A stretch of 63,439 bases of DNA, the filler included, from Octopus bimaculoides (Eukaryota): assembly GCF_001194135.2 (NCBI RefSeq). It is 6 parts of 6 records of this genome, joined end to end, with 100 filler letters (N's around TTAATTAATTAA, not from the genome) between each part and the next. Parts side by side here need not be neighbours in the genome. Positions count along the whole stretch, not along the records: positions 13,982 to 45,941 come from NC_068990.1; 5 more parts are not named here. One strand, written 5' to 3'. Below are positions 26,759 to 39,507 of this stretch, one piece after another; positions within the stretch are counted from its first letter, which is position 1, and the number at the start of each line of letters is the position of its first letter. A program made the translations under genes and the position numbers. The notes beneath the pieces are model-generated. The model was not told where the DNA came from. It saw nothing but the letters and a program-made list of their open reading frames with translations, and made no database searches.

Positions 26759-29700
26759 TAATACTTTTAGTGAAATAAAATTGTAATGACTGTTAATTTT
26801 TTTTGTTTTGTTTGTTTCCTTTCTCCAACTAAGAAAAACATTTTAATCAATCAGGAATTTGTTTTTGATGTAGTTTCATGTTTGTGATATGATGTAGATT
26901 GAGAAACAACATATCTAATAGACTATGTTCATTAATTAGTCTATATGTTTTAAGTTTTAGGTTTGTTGTTCCCTGTGTTAGTTTTATCATGTTATGTATC
27001 AGTGATTGAATAGGTTTTCCTCGTTGTACTATAATTTAATATCAATTTCTTTAATTTGATATTGCTTGTAGAAATAAGCAAGTGTTGGTATAATAGATAT
27101 ATTATGCTAATGTTTCACCACTTCCGATTTCTGTTGATGCTCAGGCAGCATTTATGCTTCTAATGCTGTTGACTTCACTGGGTCAAATGGTACTACCCAA
27201 GTGCCAAAACCATAGTGATATTCATTAGCAACTGATGATAGTAATGTATATTTGATGTGCTTGTTTGTGAATTTTTTCATATTTCGGGGTCTCATTATTC
27301 CAAGTTATCCTTTGAAATAATAAAGTGTTTTTGGATTCATGGTTTATGATGGTTACTTAAACAGATAGTAATTGCTTTACTTCATAGATAATCTTATAAG
27401 GCTTGGATAACACTTAGATAATGGTTTCTAGTTTGGGGAGGCTCCATGGCATACATCTTTTTCTTCTTTATTTTCATTCCATACTGTATGGGGTGGATAC
27501 TGTAACATATCAGGTTTTCTATAGAGCTTACCAACCCCTCATTCAACCCTTTTCGATTTCTGGAGAAAGGGATGTTATGTGTTGTCCAGTGAAATGTTTC
27601 TTAAGGCACAGCACAGCTAATTCATAGAGAGACAAACAGACAGAAGAAATGATCCCAATTCTTGATTGATACTTTATCCACTCTGGAAAAAAGAAAAGCA
27701 ATGTTGATTTTGGTATCTGTTCATGAGTATCCCAGTTTTTAGAATAGGTATATCATATCCCTGCAAGTCATGAGAAGCAATTGAAAAGATTGGCTCCGAG
27801 AAGGGCATCACTGTCCAACTTATGCTACCATTAAACATCATCATCATCATCATCATCGTTTAACGTCCGCTTTCCATGCTAGCATGGGTTGGACGATTTG
27901 ACTGAGGACTGGTGAAACCGGATGGCAACACCAGGCTGTAGACATAAAAATGATAATGATGATGATATATCTCACAAGCTTACCAAACATGCAACACAGA
28001 TCACATGATTTCAAAGGTAGCTTCTTAACTAGTCTTGCCTGCCTCTCTCTCACACATACATACAAATGCATAATTAAAGAGAGGACATTTCTAACTTCAA
28101 CTTAGAGTAATATTGCATATCTACACAGTAGTGTTAATCTCAGGTTTAGGTACCATTGTGTTCTGTACAACTTTCTTCATGACTATGACCAACTTGCACC
28201 AGAGAGAGCTTAAAGCAGTTCCAGATGTGACATTACTGGTACAGGTGTAGACATATGGTTTAAAAGGTTCACTTTATAACCCAAAAGGTTATGAAGTGAA
28301 TCACTGAGAACTTGTCTCTGATAAAGGATTAGGAATAACAAAGAATTATATGCATGGCTAAACATACATACACACACACACACAAATGCATGTGGGTGCA
28401 TGTACAAGCAGACAGAAAGCTGAAATATATAAAACAAAAGAATTTAGACATTTTATAAGCAACAGAATCAATTGTTTGCTTGTTTTAAATTTATTTTTAA
28501 AAAATCACACACACACATACCAAGTTAAAATTATCTTAAATAGGATAAAATTATGACAGCTCAATTAGGAAAAAAAATAGGAAAAATAATCAAGTTAAAA
28601 TAGGGAAAGAAAAAAAAAGGATTATATTTTTCGTTAATATCAAACAGAAGAATGATATTTTGTTGAAATGTTAATAAATAGAAATTATGTATAAAAAAAA
28701 AAAGAGCAATATTTTAGGGGGCTTGTTAAAAATGTATTTTTATTATTTAAAAAAAAAAAATCTTTGTAAATAAAATAAAGAAGTAAAAAAAGAAAATAGT
28801 AGAATATCAAATAAATAAAAATAGATGTAGTAGCCAACTAAATAATAAAAAATAGGTATGATAGTTAACTATATAATTAAATATATGCGTGGTAGCTAAT
28901 GAAATAATTAAAATTAGAGTGTTAACTAAATATAGTAAATGAAATATAAATAGGTCTAATCAGGATTGATGTAGTAAAGTGTAAATTAAAGCAATCCCAC
29001 TGAAGACGTTATTATTTAGCCTTTGGTTAATCCTGTGATCAAAGGAATTTCAACTATGACTATATAATCTCTTTCCTATTACACATTATTATTCAACATA
29101 TCCTTTATTTACATTGTTAGGGTGCAATTTAAAGCAGAATTGGTTGCTATTTTTAGCATTGCAGGAACCCCAAATAGTTTTTGAATTGAAAAACATATTA
29201 TTACTCAGAGGTACATTTATGTTGTGTAGTAATAATAATAATAATAATAATAATGCATACAACGAGTTTCTCTGCCCTAAGTGTACGGAAAACACTCGGC
29301 GAGAAATGGAAGAAAATTTGAAGAAGGAAGAAAAAAAAACATAATAATAATAATAATAATAATAATTTTGGCACAAGAGCAGTAATTTTGAGGGGAAAGG
29401 TAAGACAATGCCATTGACCCTAGTAATTGACTGATACTTTAATTTATTGGCACAAATGATGAAAACAAAGTTGTCCTAGACAATATTTTGAACTCAGAAC
29501 ATACTGAGCTGGAACACGACTGCAACATCCTAAAACATTGGCCCTCTCGTTCAGCTCAGACAAACATGAAAAACATACATACACACACAGATAGCAGCAA
29601 TATAAATAGGCTTCACTGCCCAAAATACTCAGTTGAGATGCATACCACCAACTATAACTGTAGTGGAACAACAGCCACATTCTAACTGAGTCTATCTTCC

Positions 29701-29939
29701 TTACATCTGTTGCGGCAAGCATCAAAATCTATGGCCATACAAGAATAGCTTAGACAATCGGAAGAGTGCAATGAGTCCAGTCTGTCACACTGCACCTTAT
29801 GCAGTTCATCATTGCATGTTGGAGTATGCAGTATGGTCCTCAACGAAGAGGAGACATGATATAACTAAGGAAAACAGATCTGTAATTTTTGTGTCATTAT
29901 TTAGTCATCTACCTGCATGTCATATGACTGCTTGACCAG

Positions 29940-30040
29940 GGATGACCAAGGGCTGCACAACAACAAAGGCATTCTCTATACGAATGGAGAGCAGATTCTA
30001 TGATACTTGTATGCAAAGTGTAATATTGCATGGTAGAGTA
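29940..30040 (+). mobile_element. RTE LINE RT fragment
   Basis: Translates TTKAFSIRMESRFYDTCMQSVILHG, like RTE KG.LY..CVRS.MLHGSETW. Confidence 0.55.
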
Positions 30041-30438
30041 TAAAAAAAAAAGGGAAAAGAAAAGAAAAAAAAAAACCCATCAGATCTATCTAGCACTTGT
30101 CTAGCACTATTTTATCATCTTCAAAAGTAGAATTGACTTCAGTGGGATTTAAATAATAATAATAATAATGAAAATAATAATAGTAATAATAATAATAATA
30201 ACAATAATAATAATAATAACAATAATAATAATAATGACAATGATGAAAATTATAAGGGTTTCAAATTTTGGCTCAAGACCAGCAATATTAGGGGGGAGGT
30301 GACAGCTAATTACATTGGTCCCATTGCTCAACTGGTACTTAGTTGACCTCGGCAAAATTTGAACTCAGATAGTAAAGACAGATGAAATGTCACTAAGCAT
30401 TTTGTCCAGCATGCTAACAATTCAGCTAGTTGACCACC

Positions 30439-30484
<46 letters not shown>

Positions 30485-30887
30485 TGATGATTTCAAATTT
30501 TGGCACAATGCCAGCAATTTCGAGGGAGGGGATAAGTTGATTATATCGACCCCAGTGTCCAACTGGTACTTATTTTATCGACCCTGAGAGGATGGAAGGC
30601 AAAGTCAACACCACCAGCATTCAAACTCAGAATGTAAAGTCGGAAGAAATGCTGCTAACCATTTTGCCCAGTGTATAATAATAATAATAATAACCGTACA
30701 TCAACCCCAGTAATGGTAGAAGAAATGGAGTGAGGGAACAGTGAGTCTGTGAGCAAGACGTTGAGGTGTGTCACTGAATGACTTCATGTATCAATCAGTT
30801 GGTTAAGAAGGGATTTGGGGAGATGTGTGCGAATGTATGTGTAGTAGCAGCAATGTTCCAAAAGTGGATTAATACTTTATATTTTAA

Positions 30888-31109
30888 CCCTTTAGTGTTC
30901 AGTTTACTTTGTCAAATGTAATGCTTATTTATTCACATTGATTTTAAAAAAATCATGCATTAGCTTATAACTTGGAGATTTCGATGATGTGAGTGTTTAT
31001 TTTTTAGAATGACATTGTATGGTAGGTGTAAGAGGCCAGATTGGGCCAGTTTGATCATAAAACAAAGATAACATTTTGGCCGGATAAGGCCGGTTTAAAT
31101 GTTAAAAGG
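30888..31109. mobile_element. piggyBac-type MITE
   Basis: TTAA at 30884-30887 and 31110-31113 flanking CCCTTTAG...TTAAAAGG ends. Confidence 0.65.
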
Positions 31110-32128
31110 TTAAGGAAGTGAAAAGTTTGAGACTCCCGTTTCAGCTGGAAGCTGGTGTAGTGAGACGGTAGAGAAAGGAGTGGTTTTATTGTTCTTGATT
31201 TTCTCTCAGTTACTCTTCTACATCAGAGGTTTCGTATTTTTCAAGAACTGTTTCCACTATATAAAATATATACATACATAAAGATGACAGACCTGCTAGC
31301 AAATCTGTCGTGTTTGCAAATGTGGGTTTAAGTTCTACAGGCAGCCTTCAACTGTTTTTCATCCAAACAGTTTTTTAAACTAATACTCTACACACTGTTA
31401 TTTATAGCTTTATCTACATAAATACACGAGCATACACACTCATTCATACAAGTGTATATAAATATGATTGTATAAATGCACACCCTTCTATGTAATACCC
31501 CTTCACTTCTTGTTCAAGTTTGTATCATATTATTTTGCACTGTATTGTAATATCTTGTGCTTTGTTTTTGGGGTTTTTTTTTTTTGGTCTGTCCTTGTAA
31601 CAGTTAAAGAGAGTATCTTAGTCAGATACCAGAGACAAATAAATTAACAACATTTGTACCATAGTGAGAAACCATCAAATATCCTCAATATTTTTAATAT
31701 CAATCAGTAGAGAAGAATTCAATGAAAAAAGAACCAGTTATATACCCGGATTGACTGAATCAACAGTATTTGTTCTTCACAGACTCATGATGTTTTATGC
31801 TAATTTCATCAGGCAGGAGAACCTGTAGAGGTGATGGAGACGATTCCCCTTTCTCTGACTAACTCATGAAAGAAAAGTAAAGGAATCAACACCATATTAT
31901 TATTATTACTAAAGCAACAAGCTGGCAGAATTGCTAGTACACTGAAAAAAGGGCCCAGCGGTATTTTGTCAGTCTTTACATTCTGAGTTCAAACTCTGCA
32001 GGGGCCAGCTTTACCTTTTATCATTTTGCGGGTAAATAAAATAAAGTTGAACACTAAGGTCAGCATAATCGACTTAATACCTCCTCTAAAATTGCTGGCC
32101 TTGTGCCAAAATCTGAAACCATTATTAT

Positions 32129-32159
<31 letters not shown>

Positions 32160-32198
32160 AAATAAGAAGAGCTTTCTCCCTAATCATTTAAAAGTTTG

Positions 32199-33378
32199 TC
32201 AAAATCGTCTTCTTTTCTTACGGATGCTGAGACCTTTACCAAACCATCCTGGAATTGAACGAGATCGAGACTGACTGTATAATTTACCTTGTGAAGAAGA
32301 CTTAAAACTAGCGTCTACTTCTTCACCTTCCCCCTCTTCTTTGCAGTGGTCTGCAACCGGTTGAGCAGATTCTGTTTTGATATGAACACTATTGGCTACT
32401 GAAACTCGGTCACCAGACTCTGTATTATTCAAATTGGAATGACCCACTCCATCATCATCATCATCATCATCATCACCTTGCAGAGCTAACAACTTAGAGA
32501 ACTTCACTTTGTTATAAAAACAACTAACACAATAACGAGGAGTAGTAGTAGTAGTAGTAGTAGGTTTGGAAGTCATATTTCTTTGAGATTCATTCGTTTG
32601 GTTACTGGTTTTACTCTCACTACTACCACTACTGCTACAAATACTACTACTACTAGTGTTACAAAACTTTGGAAATGACTTACAGCCATGCAAAGATTCA
32701 AAATTAGGACGAGAGTCCAAGTTACATTTACTGTTGGCTAATTGTTCGTCTTGGCACATGGTAACTTTGCAATCAGCCAATGCCGGTGGTCGACTGACGA
32801 CGAAACCAGCAGCTTCGACAAGAGTGTGAAACTGATTCCAAGCAAGATAATCATGTTCCATCAAGATAGTTGCAACTGAGCACCAAGGTAAAGGGAGGGA
32901 CTTTTTTTGCATGGTGTTTAAGGAACGTGGAAAATTCCTTGGCCGCCGGCGGCAATAGGAATGGTCTTTATCACAAGAGTTCTTAAGAAAACATAGCGTA
33001 CATTCGCTGCTGTCAACAAACCTACAACTACACATATTGCTTTTCAAAGTTAATTTTAAATTCGTGTTCTCATAACTGGAGTCTAAGGCATTGGGTAGGT
33101 GGTGTTTGTCATGTGGAAAACTCTTTCCAGACGAACTTTGCAAAGATGATAGTGCTTGGCAAGAATGTTGGCTTTGGATTTCTGTTTTAATGGAAGATAT
33201 CATGGCAGGAGATGATTGTTCAGTTTCCTTATTCTGCATAGATTCAGAATTCGATTTCTTGGACTTTATACAAAATTTTTCCTTCATGGAGTCAGGCACT
33301 TTAAGTTGTTTAGCAGTGGTACTCTTGTATTCATGGGCACATAAAGGGACAGCAAAACGGAACATAGGATCCTTTTCC
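32199..33378 (-). CDS. SIRT7: SIRT7 terminal coding exon 10 (EKDPMFRFAVPL...SIPGWFGKGLSIRKKRRRF*)
   Basis: CAG acceptor at 33379, phase 2. Starts with the DP(I/M)F motif and ends with the conserved GWFGKG plus basic nuclear/nucleolar tail, in one open frame of 392 codons. Confidence 0.93.
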
Positions 33379-34192
33379 CTGTTACAAAATATAATTGAAA
33401 ACACATATGTATATATAAATATACCATAAACACACATACACACATACATGAACTCATATTTACATTTATTCATTTGTTTTGCATCCAATTTTCCAGGCTT
33501 GCATAGATTAGATGAATATGTTATCGAGGCATTGTCTTACAACTGAATGGTCTTCTTGTTAACTTTTATCTGCATGTCTGCGTGTTTATGTTTACCTGTG
33601 TAAAACACTGTTTTGCTTAATGTCAAGGTGTTGCTTTACCTGTGTAAAACATTGTGTTGCATTATTCAGTCTGGAATGAACAATGGAATTGACCTGATCA
33701 ATTGAAATGCTTGAAGGCAGTGCTTCAGTGAAGTGACAGTTAAATTACTGAAATCACTTGTGTTTGTGTGTGAGAGAGAGATAGAGAGAGAGAGAGTGAA
33801 AGAGAGAGAGACAAAGAGTGTGTGTGTGAGTGTGTGCATATATGTGTGTGTGAGTGTATGTGTACCGTGCTTGTGTAGACCTGTCAAGCCAAGTGAGACC
33901 GTAGTCGTGTCCGATGCAGGTGTCAAGTCAATGGCACCTCGGAGTGGTTGGTGTTAGGAAGGGCATCTAGCTGTAGAAACCTTGCATAATCAGATCAGAA
34001 CCTGGTGCAGCTCCCTGGCTTACCAGTTTTCAGTCAAACCATCCAACTCATGCCAGCATGGAAAACAGATGTTAAATGATGATGATGATACACACACACA
34101 TGTGTGTGTGTTTGTGTGTGTGTGTGTGCATGTGTGTGTGTGCATATATATATATGCAAATGTAACTAATGAAATATGATAAAACACATTAC

Positions 34193-34259
34193 CTTAAATA
34201 TTCAGTAATTTTCCACCCTAATTTTTTCATTATTTGATCCATGACATCATCACATCTTC
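34193..34259 (-). CDS. SIRT7: SIRT7 coding exon 9 (GRCDDVMDQIMKKLGWKITEYL)
   Basis: Matches human GKCDDVMRLLMAELGLEIPAY; pyrimidine tract plus AAG acceptor, GTAATG donor; 67 nt, phase 1-2. Confidence 0.95.
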
Positions 34260-34842
34260 CTTTTAAGAAAAAGAAGAAAAAAAACAATAAGTTACAAAAA
34301 TACAATAAATAAAATATCAATGAACATAAACTATTTATACGATGTAAATTGCTACATAACCTCAGCCACATGATTTACAGGGAGAGGAGGTGAACTGAAA
34401 CTATATTCATGTATGCATCATGTAGACATTGATGACGTGAAAGAACTGGTGGGTGGGTAGGTAGGTAGGTGGATAAGCTGTTTAGTTTCAACATTTTTTT
34501 TTGATATTGCATAAATAACTGATACACATTTTATATTATAAGGTTAATATTTGAAGGGAAAATATTTGCAGCCAAAATGTAAACTCTTTTTGGCCTACTT
34601 CTACTTTTTGTGGTGGTGTTGATGGTAGTGTGCTCCTACCATCAAGCCACAACACTTTTGCCAACCATGTGACCTTATTAGCTACAGAGAGTGTGGATAG
34701 TAGACTCAAGAGAGTTTTAGACACATGTCAAGTAGTAGCCAGTTCACATCCTGCCACAAGAACTATGTTGTACCCCATGGACAAGATACTGAGCTCTCAA
34801 CACTTAAGACTAGCTAACTACAGGTGTGTGCTGCAGGGTGAC

Positions 34843-34962
34843 ATATAAGTTAAACAGTAACACTGTAACATCAATATCTATAACTATAGCTAATACCTGT
34901 CTATCTTTGATATAAGTTAAACAGTGACACTGTAACATTAACATCTATAACTATAGCTAATA
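34843..34962. repeat. Direct tandem duplication, 53-bp unit with 67-bp period, in SIRT7 intron 8
   Basis: ATATAAGTTAAACAGT(A/G)ACACTGTAACAT...CTATAACTATAGCTAATA at 34843 and 34910. Confidence 0.85.
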
Positions 34963-35177
34963 TTTTTCTACCAATTTGTAGATTCTGGAATTCACTGGCA
35001 GGAAACTTCTCCAATGGCTCAAATTAAACTTGGTACTTAAAATTCAATGAAACCCTTGTTGCATTAGTGCTTGCCAATGCTGAATTTATACACTACTCCA
35101 CAGCATACATTTGGAACTATAAAGACACAAGTGTTGACAGTTAAACACCTTGACCCCCAGGATATAATATTGTAGTG

Positions 35178-35495
35178 AAAGCATATAGTTTAGTGGTTAG
35201 GTTATTCAGCTCATAATCTTAAGGTCATGAGTTCAATTCCCGGTGATGCAGTGTGTCCTTGAGCAAGACACTTTATATTTCACATTGCTCCAGTCCACTC
35301 AGCCTGCAAAAATGAGTCGTACCTGTATTTCATAGGGGCCAGCCTTGTCACATTCCGTATCGCTAAATCTCCCCGAGAACTATGTTAAGGGTGTTTGTGG
35401 AGTGTTCAGTCACTTGCATGTTAATTTCCCGAGCAGACTGTTCCATTGATCAGATCAACTGGAACCCTCAACCTCATAACCGATGGAGTGCCCAT
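35178..35495 (+). mobile_element. SINE family D-related copy with tRNA head and CORE-like segment
   Basis: TAGTTTAGTGGTTAG A box, GAGTTCAATTCCC B box, GTGTCCTTGAGCAAGACAC, and the 3' body shared with 21294-21612. Confidence 0.7.
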
Positions 35496-35801
35496 CTATA
35501 ATATAGTGCCAGGGACAGGATCAACTCCATGCCATTAAGTAATTGTCAAATACACTCCGGACTATCATCCACATTCTTTTAACTAAAGAGTTCATGCAAT
35601 AAATACAAAAACACAGTATTTACATAATAAGTAACAAACCTCTTTGTTGGAGAGCCATTGCCAAAAATTCAAGAAATATGTTAAAGGAGAATCAGTTTGA
35701 ATGAGATAGCAACTATGAACAAGATAGCAACAAATAAGTGACAGCTGTGTTTATCTAATTCTATTCTGAAAGAAAGCATAGAATGTTGAAATATGTCTCA
35801 C

Positions 35802-35953
35802 CATTGATCTTTAAAGTTGCACAAACATCTTTTGGTGTCCATTGTAAATTTACAATAAAAAGTTTGGGTCGTTTTGAAGGTTTTCTGTCNNNNNNNNNNN
35901 NNNNNNNNNNNNNNNNNNNCCATACACCACAGACAGGTGTATTTCTTTAGTAC
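35802..35953 (-). CDS. SIRT7: SIRT7 coding exon 8 ([40 protein letters not shown]), interrupted by a 30-N gap
   Basis: VLKKY and [10 protein letters not shown] motifs on either side of the gap 35890-35919; TAG acceptor, GTGAGA donor; true length about 121 nt. Confidence 0.93.
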
Positions 35954-36554
35954 CTAAGAAGAACATTTAGGAAAAGCAAAAAAACTGTAAAATTTTACAT
36001 TTATTAGTTTTAATATTTTTTTCTTCTTCTTTTTAAACTATTTAATAGTTAAATAGAAAATATTCTAATAATGGTGTTTACTGAACTTGAAAACAATATT
36101 TTTTTTTTTTGCAGTTTTACATTTGTCTTTAGAGGTAAAAATGTCTAAGAAGGGTTTTGCTGATTAAACATTTGTGGTAGCTGTTCAAATAAATGTTTAG
36201 TAGGTAATTTTTTTTTTGTTGTTATCATTATTATTACTATTATTCTTTTCTACTGTAGGCATAAGGCCCGAAATTTTGGGTGAGGGGACCAATCGATTAG
36301 ATCAACTGCAGTACACAACTGGTACTTAATTTATTGACCCCAAAAGGATGAAAGACAAAGTCGACCTGGGCAGAATTTGAACTCAGAACATAAAGGCAGA
36401 TGAAATACCACAAAGCATTTCGCCCGGCGTGCTAACGATTCTGCCAGCTCTCTGCCTTATTATTATTATTATTACTATTATTGTTATAAAAATGGTAAGC
36501 ATTGAAACAGAGCATATCCTTAGACAACAAAAACAAAAAATAAGTTACAACAAC

Positions 36555-36791
36555 CTTCAAACTGGTTCCAAGGCACAAAATAACATCACAGTTTTCCGCT
36601 GCTGCTGCAGCCTCTTTCCACCGGTACGGAGAACACAGGCGCCCTTTCTCACCAAAATGGACAATAGTGTCACTAAGAAGGTTTTTACAGTAGTGACAGC
36701 GTCGGGATGTATGATGCCTGCGTACACCTGTCTTCTCGGTGACATCAAACAGGCGCAGGTATTCTTTAAAAGGTTTACATTTGTAACACAT
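36555..36791 (-). CDS. SIRT7: SIRT7 coding exon 7 (Zn-binding subdomain, MCYKC...RCHYC...DTIVHFGEKG...ILCLGTSLK)
   Basis: Two CxxC pairs plus SIRT7-diagnostic RLFDVTEKT and DTIVHFGE; TTTTTCAG acceptor and GT donor; 237 nt. Confidence 0.98.
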
Positions 36792-36894
36792 CTGAAAAAA
36801 GAAAATGGGAAAATAAAAAAATGAAAAGAGAGAAAACAATAAATATATCTATATGATGTAATATATTTATATATAAATATAATATACATAATAT

Positions 36895-37270
36895 ATCATC
36901 ATCATCATCACCATTGTTTAACATCAGCTTTCCATGCTGGCATGGGTTGGACGATTTGACTGAGGACTGGTGAACCAGATGGTTGCACCAGGCTCCAATC
37001 TGATTTGGCAGAGTTTCTACGGCTGGATGCCCTTCCTAACGCCAACAACTCCTGAGAGTGTAGTGGGTGCTTTTACATGCCACTGGCATGAGGGCCAGTC
37101 AGGCGGTACTGGCAACAGCCACGCTCCAGTGGTGTTTTTTACGTGCCACCTGCACAGGAGCCAGTCCAGCGGCACTGGCAATGACCTCGCTCAAATGTTT
37201 CTTCACATGCCATCGGCACAAGTGCCAGTAAGGCGACGCTGGTAACGATCATGTTTGAATGGTGCTTTTT
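36895..37270 (-). mobile_element. RTE-tailed SINE-like element C (other copies at about 16545-, 18895-, 26343-, 27845-, 33880+)
   Basis: RTE-type 3' end GTTAGGAAGGGCATCCAGCCGTAGAAAC...CAGCATGGAAAGC...(GAT)n and three internal TTTTACGTGCCAC...GCCAGT subrepeats. Confidence 0.75.
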
Positions 37271-37339
37271 ATGTGCTGCCTTATGATGATATAAAATAAT
37301 GATAAAATAAAGCTTGAAAAAAAACTTGCAGTATCTCAC

Positions 37340-37438
37340 CTCTAAGTACATATTGCCATGAACCTCAGATAAGATTCTTTTCGAGAGACCACTTCTGAGA
37401 TGAAGTCCATCACAATTCTGGGATACAACATGTTTTAA
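37340..37438 (-). CDS. SIRT7: SIRT7 coding exon 6 ([33 protein letters not shown])
   Basis: SQNCDGLH motif and catalytic HGN; CAG acceptor, GTGAGA donor; 99 nt. Confidence 0.98.
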
Positions 37439-37597
37439 CTGCAGTTCACAAGAAGCAAAAGAAAAAGAAAGAAAAATAGAATTGAAAAAGAAAAAAAAAA
37501 CGTTTGTTTTACAGAAAACAGAAATTTTCCATTTTAACTAAATAAACATAAATTACAAGTAATAATAGCTGGTATAGTTATGCAGGTGGTGGTCATG

Positions 37598-37647
<50 letters not shown>

Positions 37648-38043
37648 ATAGTAGTAGTTCTGGTATGTGAATGATAGAAAAGATTGCAAGCAAGTTTCCA
37701 TCAACCCCTGCATTACTACATGACAAATCTATATTACCACATGTTTTAATTATATGTTAAAATGTTTTAAGAACTTAGACTAGTTTTATCAAAACAAGTA
37801 TAACTTCTTCATTTATATTTGGAACATAACAAAAGATTCTTCTATGATGGAATTTTTGCTTTGAAACTACATTAATTACAGGTAAATACAGTGAAGTGTA
37901 AAATCATTTAACCCAGGCCATGTTAACTTGTACAACTGGCTTTCTTCCTTTGTATAAATATTAAACTCCAGTAGTACCAAGTGTTTACCTCACAAATCTT
38001 CCAGATCACCAAGTTAGATTAAGAGTCTCCATAAAGAACTTAC

Positions 38044-38116
38044 CTTGCCATGCTTGTAAAGAGTTAGCAGACCCATATGAGTTTTGGTTGGTTCTGCATC
38101 AGTAAATTGTTGAGGC
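38044..38116 (-). CDS. SIRT7: SIRT7 coding exon 5 (PQQFTDAEPTKTHMGLLTLYKHGK)
   Basis: AEPTxTHM motif; TTTTTGTAG acceptor, GTAAGT donor; 73 nt, phase 2-0. Confidence 0.97.
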
Positions 38117-39033
38117 CTACAAAAATAAAAAATTAAACATTTACATTATTATAGAGAAGAAAAGAAAATGACAGACACTGTATTGCAGTCTGTAACATGG
38201 TCACCTACAAACCAAGTCCTGTCGGTGGTCTTGTTGATCATTCCTATCTCAAATCAGTTCCAATGATAATTTATAGCATTAAAAATTAAACATTTTGAAA
38301 TATTTCAGTCAACACTATTACAACCCAGTTAAGGCCTGTTGATTTAAGGCGAAACATTCTTCAATGTAGAAAATAAATTGAATTGATAATATTCAAATTT
38401 CACCACACCTGCACTCCACACACAGATACATACACACAAAGGCTTTCACATAGTTTCCACAAATCCCAATCGTTACATATTGATCAGATTGAAGTTTTGA
38501 TGGAAAAACTTGACCAAAGTGCCATGCAATGGGATCGAACCCAGAACCATATAGTTGTGAAACAAATTTTTTAACCACATAGTCAGGCCCACATGTGAGT
38601 TGACAACAAATATCTTGGATGACTTTTAAGGTCAATTTTGTGACAATGATGATATTTTTAATCATCATTTGAAATTGTTAAAAATATAATTATTTTGTGG
38701 ATTGGTGAGCTGGCAGAATCGTTAGTACATTGGACAAAATGCTTAGCAACATTTTTTCGTGCTCTTTACATTCTGAGTTCAAATCTTACTGAAGTCAACT
38801 TTGCCTTTCATCATTTCAGGGTCAGTAATTAAGTATCAGTTGATCACTGGGAGCAATGTAATCAACTAGTCTCTCTCCTAAAATTGCTGGCATTGTGCCA
38901 AAATTTGAAACTATTATTTTAAAGAATTTTTCAAACATATATTTGTTTTTGTAATTGGTGGAAGAGAGAAAAGTACTCAGGACTTGCAGAAGCATCAAAT
39001 AACCAATATCCATGAAGATACAAATTAGCTTAC

Positions 39034-39104
39034 TTTAATTCTTGTCCCTTTTGGAGAAGTGTCCATACACCATTTGGTCCTCTATAGTCAGGAATAGAAG
39101 CAGC
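39034..39104 (-). CDS. SIRT7: SIRT7 coding exon 4 (AASIPDYRGPNGVWTLLQKGQEL)
   Basis: Class IV sirtuin motif IPDYRGPNGVWT; CTAG acceptor, GTAAGC donor; 71 nt, phase 0-2. Confidence 0.98.
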
Positions 39105-39462
39105 CTAGTGAAAAGAAAAATTCAAAATGTATTTAAAGATTCATTTGTAATTCAAGGTCAAACTAAAACAAAAATATATATTTTGATATATGTACTGCCT
39201 CGTATAAAGATATATATATATATATATCTTGATAAGTGGCAGTACAGGATAGGTTGAGAGTAACAGTATGATAAACCTGCAGATAAATCAGAAAATAGGG
39301 AATTAATGAGCAGTGAGAAAGAGCAGGAGGGAGAGATGTACAAGGACAGAGATGGAGGTCAGATGTACATAGTGATGGCTACAGTGAGTAGAGGATAAAG
39401 GGGAGGCGGTCAATGGCAGATGTAAATGGATGTTATATATATAATATATATCATCATCATCA

Positions 39463-39507
<45 letters not shown>

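Noticed and set aside
33091-33429. Plus-strand ORFs overlapping SIRT7 exon 10, exon 7 and the 14.5-kb exon
   Set aside because: Antisense shadows of real coding exons.
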